Shown here one piece after another: positions 24,793 through 36,294 of a stretch of 64,000 nt of DNA. Position 1 is the stretch's first letter, and the number at the start of each line of letters is the position of its first letter. Under the pieces are notes generated by a model, which did no database searches, was not told the origin of the DNA, and worked only from the letters and a program-made list of their open reading frames with translations. The stretch is from Octopus sinensis (lineage: Eukaryota). The position numbers were made by a program, and so were the translations under genes. The stretch spans positions 38,440,001 through 38,504,000 of the forward strand of contig NC_043015.1 in assembly GCF_006345805.1 (NCBI RefSeq), given 5' to 3'.

Positions 24793-25011
24793 TATTATTA
24801 TTATTATTATTAAGGCAGCAACCTGGCAGAATTGTTAGCATGCCAAGCGAAATGCTTAGTGGTATTTCATGTCTTCACGTTCTGAGTTCAAATTTGCCTT
24901 TCATCCTTTCAGGGTCGATAAATTAGTTAGCAGTTGAACACTGGGGATTGATGTAATCCACTCACCCCCACCCTCTCAAAGTGGCTGCCCTTGTGGCAAA
25001 ATTTGAAACCA

Positions 25012-25063
<52 letters not shown>

Positions 25064-25212
25064 CACCAAGTTTTACTTTACCTTTCATCCTTTTGAGGTC
25101 AATAAAATAAGAACCACTTCAATACTGGGATTGATGTAATTGACTAGTTCTCTCACCTGAAATTGCAGGCCTTGTGTCCATAGAAGGAAGGATTATTATC
25201 ATCATCATCATC

Positions 25213-25244
<32 letters not shown>

Positions 25245-25911
25245 ATGTGTGTAAAATCAAAATAAACGATAGGATATCAAGAAATGATGCAGTACACCCG
25301 TTTTAAGCCACCCCATTTAATTTAACAATGCAAGGTTCTTGCCCCTTTAACTGGTAATTAGCATCATGATTTAGTGTCTTCCCCTACCTCCTTTATAAAC
25401 AGTTACTTTACACCCAATTTACTACTCCTAATACCTTGACAATATTTATGACCATACCTAGCCATGACCTGTCAACCCACCCTTGCCCTTCATTCCAAAC
25501 AGACACACTCCTCTGGTCTTAGATTTAGTAGTTGATAAAAAGACAAATAAATTAGAAATGAAGCACAAGCCTTTCTTGGAAGTGTAGTCTATTCTTAGCT
25601 ACAATAGTGACAACATGGATTTCTTCCATCATCTTGCTTTGTTAAAGTATTTGAGTAAAATTACGTTAATGGGTCCAACTGATTAAAATTCTATTTATTT
25701 GTGCAGCTGATGATAGCCCTGCATTTAAGTTGATTTGATGATTGCATTGTTCAATTAGATGGAACAACTTGACATGGTCGTACTCCATTACTACTTGATA
25801 TCCTTTTGCTTATTTTGATTTTATTCACCTTACTTTGAGCTGTGCGAATTGTATCGGACTGACTTGGTACTTCAACTTAAGTACCTAAAATCAACTGAAT
25901 CTCAATTATTA

Positions 25912-25960
<49 letters not shown>

Positions 25961-27008
25961 TATATACACACATATATACACACACACATATATATATACA
26001 TACATCATCATCATCATCATCATCATCATCGTTTAACGTCCGCATTCCATGCTAGCATGGGTTAGACGGTTCAACTGGGGTCTGGGAAGCCCGAAGGCTG
26101 CACCAGGCCAGTCAGATCTGGCGGTGTTTCTACAGCTGGATGCCCTTCCTAATGCCAACCACTCCGTGAGTGTAGTGGGTGCTTTTTATGTGCCACCGAC
26201 ACAGGTGCCAGACGAGGCTGGCGAACGGCCACGCTCGGATGGTGTTTTTAATGTGCCACCGGTACAGAGGCCAGGCGAGGCTGGCACAGCCACGATCGGA
26301 TGGTGTTTGTTACGTGCCACCAGCACGGAGGCCAGTCGATGCAGTGCTGGCTACGGCCACATTCGGATGGTTCTCTTATGTGCCACCGGCACTGGTACCA
26401 CAAACTACAAATTCCATTGATGTGGATCGATTTTGATTTTGATTTGATTCTTTATATATGTATTAAAAAAATAAAAAAACAGTGAAAAAACTACAGAAGG
26501 CTTGTGTTATAAGGTTAAAGAATATATTTAAGTCGTTATGTTAGAAAAATGTTAGAAAATTTTGTGTATAGTAACATAGTCTTTGGAGAAATAACCGGTT
26601 TTGTATAGTCTTTTCAAATTTCTCAAATTTCTTTATGAAATTAAATAACCGGTTTCGCATACATACATATATGCGGATGTCCGCTTGCATTGGATGGTAC
26701 CGTGGTGGTGGTATTAACTTTATTGACTTTTTGTGAAATGACACATTTTTATATATTGGATTGTTTAATATATATGCCTGCATTGAGTGTGAGTGTGTCT
26801 GTTGTGGTTTCTTGATGTTGGTTGAGGAGCTGTGGAGTTCAATATGGAACATTATTGTGTTTGTTGATGTATATTGATCTATATTGTTTATATTGTATTA
26901 TTGTGTATATATATATATATATGTAAGAATATGAGTATGTATGCACACCTATTTATATTTATATTTATATGTAAATTATTTAGGATTTGTACTCATACTT
27001 GCATTAAA

Positions 27009-27121
27009 ATCTCTGAAGAGGCCGTAAGATATTCTTGTTAATGTCTCATTTATACCTGCATTATATGGCTAATAGGTTAAATGAGACATACCTGTCTTCA
27101 TGGCCGAAACAGCTGTCAGCT
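27009..27121 (+). ncRNA. Type I hammerhead ribozyme motif, long-helix-II family, intact core
   Basis: atct-CTGAAGA-GGCC[78 nt hairpin incl. ATGTCTCATTTA/TAAATGAGACAT]GGCC-GAAAC-agct-GTC-agct. One mismatch in stem I. Confidence 0.8.
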
Positions 27122-27307
27122 ACAATGTAAATGTATTTCTATGTCTTGTTATATTTGTACTATATTAATGTATAATATCATTGCTATTGTGTAGTGTTTT
27201 ATTAAAGTATTGATTCGGTATTATCTGATAGTTGATGATTGATTTAGATATATTTCCCCATTTTCTCATTTTGTGTGTATATATATATATATATATATAT
27301 ACATATT

Positions 27308-27314
<7 letters not shown>

Positions 27315-27342
<28 letters not shown>

Positions 27343-28770
27343 ATACATGTATACGACAGGCTTCTTTCAGTTTCCGTCTACCAAATCCACTCACAAAGAT
27401 TTGGTCAGCCCGAGGCTATAGTAGAAGACACTTGCCCAAGGTGCCATGCAGAGGGACTGAACCCAGAACCATGTAATTGGTAAGCAACCTACTTACCACA
27501 CCGCCCCCTCCTGTGCCTATATACAAAAACAAACACAAAAATACCAATATACAATTACGTCCCAGCCATTTGTAATCCATTAGACATTGCACTAACTAAC
27601 CTTTATTTAATGTTACTTAATTAGCATATATTCCAAAAACTATGGTACAGGGCACGTATATATATATATATATTCTTTTACTCTTTTACTTGTTTCAGTC
27701 ATTTGACTGTGGCCATGCTGGAGCACCACCTTTTAGTACTTATTCTATCGGTCTCTTTTTGCCGAACCGCTAAGTGACGGGGACGTAAACACACCAGCAT
27801 CGGTTGTCAAGCAATGCTAGGGGGACAAACACAGACACACAAACACACACATACAAACATATATATATATACATATATACGACAGGCTTCTTTCAGTTTC
27901 CGTCTACCAAATCCACTCACAAGGCATTGGTCGGCTCGGGGCTATAGCAGAAGACACTTGCCCAAGATGCCACGCAGTGGGACTGAACCCACAACCGTGT
28001 GGTTGGTTGGCAAGCTACTTACCACACAGCCACTCCTGCGCCTATATATATATATATATACACACATACATACATGTATACGACAGGCTTCTTTCAGTTT
28101 CCGTCTACCAAATCCACTCACAAAGATTTGGTCAGCCCGAGGCTATAGTAGAAGACACTTGCCCAAGGTGCCATGCAGAGGGACTGAACCCAGAACCATG
28201 TAATTGGTAAGCAACCTACTTACCACACCGCCCCCTCCTGTGCCTATATACAAAAACAAACACAAAAATACCAATATACAATTACGTCCCAGCCATTTGT
28301 AATCCATTAAGACATTGCACTAACTAACCTTTATTTAATGTTACTTAATTAGCATATATTCCAAAAACTATGGTACAGGGCACGTATATATATATATATA
28401 TTCTTTTACTCTTTTACTTGTTTCAGTCATTTGACTGTGGCCATGCTGGAGCACCACCTTTTAGTACTTATTCTATCGGTCTCTTTTTGCCGAACCGCTA
28501 AGTGACGGGGACGTAAACACACCAGCATCGGTTGTCAAGCAATGCTAGGGGGACAAACACAGACACACAAACACACACATACAAACATATATATATATAC
28601 ATATATACGACAGGCTTCTTTTTCAGTTTCCGTCTACCAAATCCACTCACAAGGCATTGGTCGGCTCGGGGCTATAGCAGAAGACACTTGCCCAAGATGC
28701 CACGCAGTGGGACTGAACCCACAACCGTGTGGTTGGTTGGCAAGCTACTTACCACACAGCCACTCCTGCG

Positions 28771-28780
<10 letters not shown>
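27315..28780. repeat. Near-perfect ~727-730-bp tandem duplication
   Basis: cgacaggcttctttc..aaagatttgg at 27354 and 28081. The units differ by 1-2 nt indels and the junctions fall in (TA)n. Confidence 0.9.
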
Positions 28781-28813
<33 letters not shown>

Positions 28814-28815
<2 letters not shown>

Positions 28816-29188
28816 TAGCAGTATCGCCCGGCGTTGCTCAGGTTTGTAAGGGAAATAACTATAAAGCATTTTTAGTGAGTTATAGCAAAAAAATGGAAAA
28901 AAAATGATGGTAAATTTTTTTGAGAGTTAAAAAAGGTGGAGTTGCGTCCCCTAGACGGTCTGTGGTTTGGGTTTCTGATTCTCGACCCCATGTCGAATTT
29001 ATCGATCTTTTTCAGAACTGGGGGAACTTTTCAAAATTTCCGCTGCGTTAGTTTTGAATTATGACATTGGGCTATGTGTGTGTCAAGTTTCATCAGAATC
29101 GGTTGAAAGCCGTGGTCAGAGTGAGGGTACGAGAAAACAGACACACAGAAACACGCACAGACAAACTGCCGTTTATATAGAGAGAGAT
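28814..29188. mobile_element. Non-autonomous Helitron/HINE-like element
   Basis: Same terminal sequences as 145-547 with a different interior. Confidence 0.55.
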
Positions 29189-29456
29189 AAGTGGATAAGA
29201 CCATTATTTAAAATAGCGATCATATCAAATGGCCAGCAAGTGCAAAGCATTGAAGAGGAATAAACATGCATTAAGTTAGTTAAAATCTGTTTCTAACATT
29301 TTTGAACTTCTAAAGGCAAATCCACTGCAGTTTCTGTGCTGAAAGATTCTTACTTATTCGATCTCCATGGTAACCACAGTGAATTTGTTTCCAGAAGTTA
29401 AAATATGTTACAAACATATTTTAATTAACCTAAAGTTCACATTTCATTCTATGTAA

Positions 29457-29467
29457 CTATCTGTCTG

Positions 29468-29513
<46 letters not shown>

Positions 29514-29773
29514 CATCCATCCATCCATCCATCCATCCATCCATCCATCCATCCATCCATCTATCTATCTATCCATCTATCTATCTATCCATCTATCTAT
29601 CTATCCATCTATCCATCTATCCATCTATCTATCTATCTGTCTATCTATCTGTCTATCCATCTATCTATCCGTCTATCTATCTATCTGTCTATCTATCTAT
29701 CTATCTATCTATCCGTCTATCTATCTATCTATCCGTCTATCTATCTATCTATCCGTCTATCTATCTATCTATC

Positions 29774-29810
<37 letters not shown>
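29457..29810. repeat. (TCTA/TCCA)n plus (TA)n microsatellite
   Basis: Seen directly. Confidence 0.95.
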
Positions 29811-29812
<2 letters not shown>

Positions 29813-29914
29813 ATAGAAATGGTAAGACAAGAAAAGAATGAAAGAGGCCTCGATGTTATGTAAATAGAGGAATTTATCTGTAAATGTAATATGTGACAAT
29901 TATTCGGTAGTCAT

Positions 29915-29975
29915 GATAAAACTCCGAGTTTCGGATGCTGAGGTGGAAATCCACGCCACCATCTCTTCAGTTATC
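29915..29975 (-). ncRNA. Type I hammerhead motif, intact core, GUU triplet
   Basis: Minus strand gataa-CTGAAGA-GATG..GTGG-attt-CCAC..CATC-c-GAAAC-tcgga-GTT-ttatc. 5-bp stem I. Confidence 0.75.
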
Positions 29976-30037
29976 TGGCCATCGGAAAAAGTGCATTTTT
30001 TCCAATAGCATCTCCATAGCATTTTTTCCGATAGCCA

Positions 30038-30098
30038 GATAACTGAAGAGATGGTGGCGTGGATTTCCACCCCGGCATCCGAAACTTGGAGTTTTATC
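30038..30098 (+). ncRNA. Type I hammerhead motif, intact core, GUU triplet
   Basis: gataa-CTGAAGA-GATG..GTGG-attt-CCAC..CATC-c-GAAAC-ttgga-GTT-ttatc. Mirror of 29915-29975. Confidence 0.75.
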
Positions 30099-30117
30099 AT
30101 GACTACCGAATAATTGT

Positions 30118-30153
<36 letters not shown>

Positions 30154-30222
30154 ATATATATATATATATATCATCATCATCATCGTTTAGCGTCCGTTTT
30201 CCATGCTAGTATATATATATAT

Positions 30223-30387
30223 CTACTAGCTGGGCCCGAGGGCATTTGTGGAAGGTCACACATATGATACACACACACACACACATACACACACACACCA
30301 CACATATATATATGTGTGTGTGTATGTGTGTGTGTGTGTGTATCATATGTGTGACCTTCCACAAATGCCCTCGGGCCCGGCTAGAAG
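30223..30387. repeat. Palindrome with (CA)n-(TA)n-(TG)n centre
   Basis: ctagctgggcccgagggcatttgtggaaggtcacacatatgata is mirrored at 30340-30384. Confidence 0.85.
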
Positions 30388-31249
30388 AGTTTGACCAAAA
30401 CATACCCAAATGCACCCATGTACACACATGCACACCCCTTTAAGGTAGACACCCCACGAAACAGATTATCTCCCACCACCCCCAACACATTCCCTTGCAC
30501 ACAAATTGTTCCCCCACACATACATTGCACAGTACACACACATGGCACACCTCACGCTAACATTAAAAAAAAAACTCACAACAGAAAGAAAACAAACCAA
30601 CCAACACAGCTATATATAAATTGTGCAAATGACACCACCACCACACGTGCCACACCGCCCCTCCGCACCCCACGGAGCACCACATTAATAATACACACTG
30701 TCCCCAATTCTAGATAAACTCTTGTCAACTTCGCAGCATACCCGACCAAGGGACATAACTCCTAACCTAATTCCCTCAACCCTTTTTCGTTTCACCACCA
30801 TTTTTCACAGCAGCCGCAGCCCGGTTGTGCTAATCCACCACTAACAATAGAGAGCTGTCCCCATATTCCCTTCCACATCAGCCAACTTTGATGGGGATAA
30901 ATTTATACAATCAGTTTGTTACCTCACACTCCATTGTAGTCTTTATGCAAAACCAATTGGTAAGACCAGCCATGATGGATATTTAATGCTATACTTTTTG
31001 AATAACATATATATAAGGGTAAGGGTGAAGACCCCCTTTGGTCATGAATATATATATATATAAAGCATATATACAAGGGCTTCTTTCAGTTTCTGCTTAC
31101 CAAATACACTAAATCATTTATATATTATAAAAAAAGATAGATGAATATAACACACCAAGTAAATTAACAATACTTTTAGTAAGAAATAAAATGGATCTGT
31201 TTTTTTTTTTTTGTAATTTCTTTTTTTTTAATCTTATTTCAGAGACAAT

Positions 31250-33779
31250 ATGTCTGTGTCTGTTGTCTTGAGGAATCCCTGTCAAAAAACTGGAGAAGGA
31301 CCTCATTGGGAGGAAAGCACTAAATCCTTGCTGTTTGTGGATATTGAACCTGGAGGTATACACAAGTGGAATTCTGTGGACGACACACACACCAAATTTA
31401 ATACTGGTATGTATATGTGTGTGTGTGTGTGTGTGTGTACTTAGTGATGTATGAATGGATGGAATGTGGGAGTAGTTGGACAATTGTCTGCTTGTATTTC
31501 ATCATCCTCATCATCGTTTAACGTCCGTTCTCCATGCTAGCATGGGTTGGACGGTTTGACTGGGGTCTGGGAAGCCAGGAGGCTGCACCAGGCTCCAGTC
31601 TGATCTGGCAGTGTTTCTACAGCTGGATGCCCTTCCTAATGCCAACCATTCAGTGAGTGTAGTGGGTGCTTTTTACGTTCCACTGAGTCACAGTCAGATA
31701 GGGGCTGTTTGTTTAAATTGTCTGAAAAATTCTCATAAGAGATGATGAAACACAGGGTAGTTTAAATAATTCTATATTCACAAAGACTATTTTTATAGCC
31801 TCAGATGATGATAACAGCCACCTTTCTTACTGATTGGTGTCAGCTTATGGGGTAACTGTTCAAGTCCACTTGTGGTAGATTATGTTTCCAAACAGAATAC
31901 TTTAATCTCCATTATTTAGCTGCCAAAGGAGAACAGACACAAGATCATCTGAGAGTCTGCAATAGACTGGATGTCTACCCTTAACATTGGACTTCTTTAA
32001 CCGAGATGATGGCAATAAGTGCTTGGGAAAGGGGCCAAGCAGCAAAATTGTTAGCAGCATTTTGTCCATTTTTATATTCTGAGTTCAATCTCCACTGAGG
32101 TTGACTTTGCTTTTCATCCTTTCGGGTATTTTAAGTACCAGTCATTCACTAGGGTCGATGTCATTGACTTATCCTCTCCAATGAAATTGCTGATTTTGTA
32201 CCAAAATTTGAAGCCAATAAGTGCTTGGGACAGATCAGTTTAACCAATGCCATCATGGAAAAGTGAAAATATCGATGATGATGATGATGATGAAGATGAG
32301 GAGGAGGAGGACAATGAGGATGATCAAGCACTATTCATTATCCTAGGATATCAACCTCTTATACAATTACCGTATGATATCAATATTTTGTTACTTGATA
32401 TTTATCCATTGTCATGTTGTATCATCAAAATATGTTTTCTAATCGTCTCTTGTATGTTTAATTCACCAGATGGAAAGGTTAGTTTAATTGTTCCTTCGGA
32501 ATCTGGTGGTTATATCGTATCCAAAGACACAAAACTTGCAAGTTTTGACTGGGAGAGTCAACAGGTGAAGCCATTCGTTGATGTGGAACCGGACAAACCA
32601 AAGAATAGATTCAACGATGGTAAATGTGACAGCCATGGCAGACTGTGGGCAGGTTTGTATTTCTTTGTTTTACATATGAGACACATATATAATCTCTTAT
32701 CTGTAATTCTTCAAACAGATTCAAAATTATTTTGCTGGTGTGACTATGTGGTAAGAAGCTTGCTTCCCAATCAGGGTTCCAGGCTCTGTCCCACTGTGTG
32801 GTACCTTCGACAAGTACCTTATACTATAGCCTCAAGACAACCAAACCCTTGTGAGTGGATTTGGTAGATGGAGACTGAAAGAAGCCCATCGTGTATATAT
32901 ATATATATATATATTATTTGAAATGTATAGTATTAAATATTCATCACAGCTGGTTTCGCATAAAGAATATAATGGAGTGTTAAGTAACAAATCAATTATA
33001 TAACTTTATGCTCATCAGAGTTAGCCAATATGGATGGGAATATGGCCATATTCCCTTCCATATCGGCTAACTCTGATGAGCATAAAGCTATGTAATCAGT
33101 TTGTTATCTAACACTCCATTATATTCTTTACACAAAACCAGCCAAGATGGATATTTAATACTATACATTTCAGATAATATACCCACTTTACTGACAGATA
33201 TACGAGTACATTTTATCCTGATTCCTACTCTCTTAGACGACTCCCATATATATATTTTTTTGATGTATTCATTGATTACAACAAAGCATATAATGAACCA
33301 TCTTCAGGTAAAATTATAAGAAAGTATAAACAGGTGAGATAATACCTTAATGATGATGAATCTGACCAAGCATTTTGGATAGGAGTATTTTAAGAAAAAC
33401 ATTCAAATTTATTGAGAAATTAGGAATGGCTATAATGGACGTGCAGGAAGCAAGGAGACCAAACAACTCTATTATTTCAAAACAGTTATTTTAATTAGTT
33501 TGGAGCCAAAACTAACCGGGGGGGGGGGGGGAATAAGGTATCATACAAAAAACACAGACATGCTTTAACCAAGATATTAAGGCGTGTTTATGTCCCTGTA
33601 ACTTGGCGGTTCGGCAAAAGAGACCGATAGAATAAGTACTAGGCTTACAAGGAATAAGTCCTGGGGTCGATTTGCTCAACTAAAGGCGGTGCTCTAGCAT
33701 GGCCACAGTTAAATGACTGAAACAAGTAAAGAGTATACATGTGTATGTATATATATATGTGTGTATATATGTATGTATG

Positions 33780-33864
<85 letters not shown>

Positions 33865-33874
33865 TATAAGTGTG

Positions 33875-33918
<44 letters not shown>

Positions 33919-36294
33919 CATCAAGATAAAATTTCTCCTTTAGACTTTCTTTGTGAAAAGCAGACCATCAAACACTTGTCTTTCAGCTTGATTTCGCCTC
34001 CTCAGTGATAGATACCACCTACTACCTTTAGTGCTAGACAGAAACTTGTGTTCCGATGTAAAAATTGGCAAGCAAAACATTTGTTGATGTATGCTGGAAT
34101 TAATCCAATGACTAAATAGTAAGAATCATAATAATAATGAAAAAAAAGAAATATTTTATTCATTCCTGAGACACAAACCTCTTGCTCTTTTCTGTTGCAT
34201 ACGCCAGACTTTACATTCTAAATTACTCCAGAATGTTGTCTGCATGTGTTTTAAAGTCTCTTCTCTCCATGTTATACTCTACATTCTTATCACTCTTATC
34301 TTGAGAAATTAGGTGAACCGTTGATTAGCCAGTCAGTTACTTATCAACAACACCAACACTTTTGTATGCAAAGCTTTCATGGACTGCAGAGATTTGTGAA
34401 AAGAATTACTGTTTAAAATCTTTCAATTTTTAGGTACAATGGAGGAATTTCTGGGTGAACTAAAAGCGACTGAAGCTGGACATTTATACCGCCTTGATAA
34501 AGATCGGTCACTGCATACCATCAAAGATAAGATCAATATATCTAATGGTTTGGCCTGGACATCAGATGACAAAACCATGTTCTACACCCATTCTACTCCA
34601 AGAAAAGTGTTTTCCTATGACTATGATATTTCTACAGGGGAAATGTGTAAGTTTTGTCAGTCTTTAGTGTTTCTTTGTTTCGAATCTTGACAACGGAAGC
34701 AAGAATTTTCAATTAAAATAGACAAGTTTATTACAAAATAACATGTCTTTGTTTCTTTTCATTTCTATAATATTTTTTTTATTCAATTCAATAAATTTTG
34801 TTGTATTTCCACATTTATGGACACAGCAAGGCCCAGTGGTTAAGATGTTTGTTTTGCAACCTCAAGGAGCTTGGTTCGATTCTACAGCATAGCATCTTGA
34901 GCAAGTGACTTTGCTATAGCCTCAGGTTGACCAAAACCATGTGTAGAATACTAGTGAGGCAGAAACTGTTGAAAATCGTTTGAATTTACAGAATAAATCA
35001 CTCTTTTGATTGAACAAGCAAATTCTCATTACTGAAAATTCAAGAGAGATTCCATTTATATTTACAATTATTCTTGAAATAATCTCATACAAATACAGTA
35101 TTGTCTGATATTCATAAAATGTGATCTGTTGAAAATCTCTAACACTTTTTACTACTGAAATCAGATCCACAAAAATTTCATAACCATTAACTGCAGTAAG
35201 CAGTTTTATAAATCAAACCAATTTTTGTTGTGGAATTTCATGTTCAAATCCATATTTTTATTGAGATATGTTAAGTGTGTTGTGACAATGCGATGTACAG
35301 AAAATATCAATTCTGATTTTTGTTTGATATTTAACATCATTTCTAGAATGACCATGAAATTTACTTTTACAGGTGAGGGCTTACCTGTGACTATCCATGT
35401 AATGGACAAATTTCTTGCTAAAAGTTTAAAACATTCAAAAGACAATAAATTTAATTAATCCTTCCACCGTTGTCATGGAAATATTTTATTTTAACAATAA
35501 ATTTTTTCTGTTTCTTTCTGTAGCTAGAGAACAAGTGGTTGTTGATTTTGAAGGCAAAGAACTCCACGAATTTGGGATACCAGATGGAATGGCAATCGAT
35601 TTAAATGACAAGATATGGTTGGCTTGCTTTGCCAGTAGCCAAGTATTCCAAATTGACCCAGAAACAGGTACAGAAAATATTATTTCTTTAATTAAATGTC
35701 TCACTCATTGAGCCTGTCAGAGTCTGTATTTGTTGTGGCTACTCTAGTCTAGTCTAACCTCATGGCCCCGTGGTAAAGATTTTACACTTACAATCACAAG
35801 ATAGTGGTTTCAATTCCCAGACTGGGCTATGTGCTGTGCTTTTAAGCAAAATCTTTATTTTATGTTGCATGGATTGGTATCCTGTTCAAGGAAAGTACTG
35901 TAATCTCAGTCCCCTATGCACCGTGGAATTTGGGTCACCTGCCACATAAATCCTAGATGTGCTGACAATGACTCTCGTCAATGTGATTGATTGAAATAAT
36001 GAAGATAATATTGAAAGTAGTAGGTTGTATAGTTTTCAATTTTGGACAATTCTTTCGACTTATTCAGTTTTAAAACTAATTTCAGGTAAAATTCTGATGT
36101 CAGTCAAGTTTCCCGCGAGTCAGATCACTTCCTGTTGTTTCGGAGGCCCAAACTATGACGAACTGTATGTGACATCAAGTGCTACCTTTTTCACAGAAGA
36201 ACAGTTACAAGATAAAGAGAAATTTGCTGGGAGTGTTTTCAAGGTCACCGGGTTGGGAGCTAAAGGTAAAGCAGCTCCCAACTTTCATGGATAG
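31250..36294 (+). CDS. RGN: Regucalcin-like paralog C, 301 aa; join(31250..31406,32470..32652,34434..34646,35524..35667,36086..36294)
   Basis: Exon lengths and phases are identical to A, introns are GT..AG, the frame is open, and canonical [17 protein letters not shown] and TSCCFGG are present. Confidence 0.95.
32911..33180. repeat. Spacerless 270-bp palindrome centred on TGG|CCA (33045/33046) with defective hammerhead motifs
   Basis: Arms are in exact register, and each has CTGATGA-GCATAAAG...CTTTA(T/C)RC-(G/A)AAAC. Helix III and the cleavage site are missing relative to the related copy at 30861-31010. Confidence 0.85.

Larger units (their letters stand above)
29892..30121. repeat. Inverted repeat, ~99-bp arms (29892-29990 / 30023-30121), one hammerhead per arm
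   Basis: Near-perfect reverse complements. A single diverged copy occurs at 14194-14290. Confidence 0.85.

Noticed and set aside
25700-25825. tgcag-CTGATGA-tagc-cctgca plus a ~40-bp inverted match to 25254-25295
   Set aside because: Possibly an internally deleted hammerhead repeat, but GAAA and helix III are absent, so it was not called.
32247-32867. 206-aa ORF with acidic N-terminus
   Set aside because: Exon 2 of C read through into flanking introns. The acidic run is a (GAT/GAG)n microsatellite.
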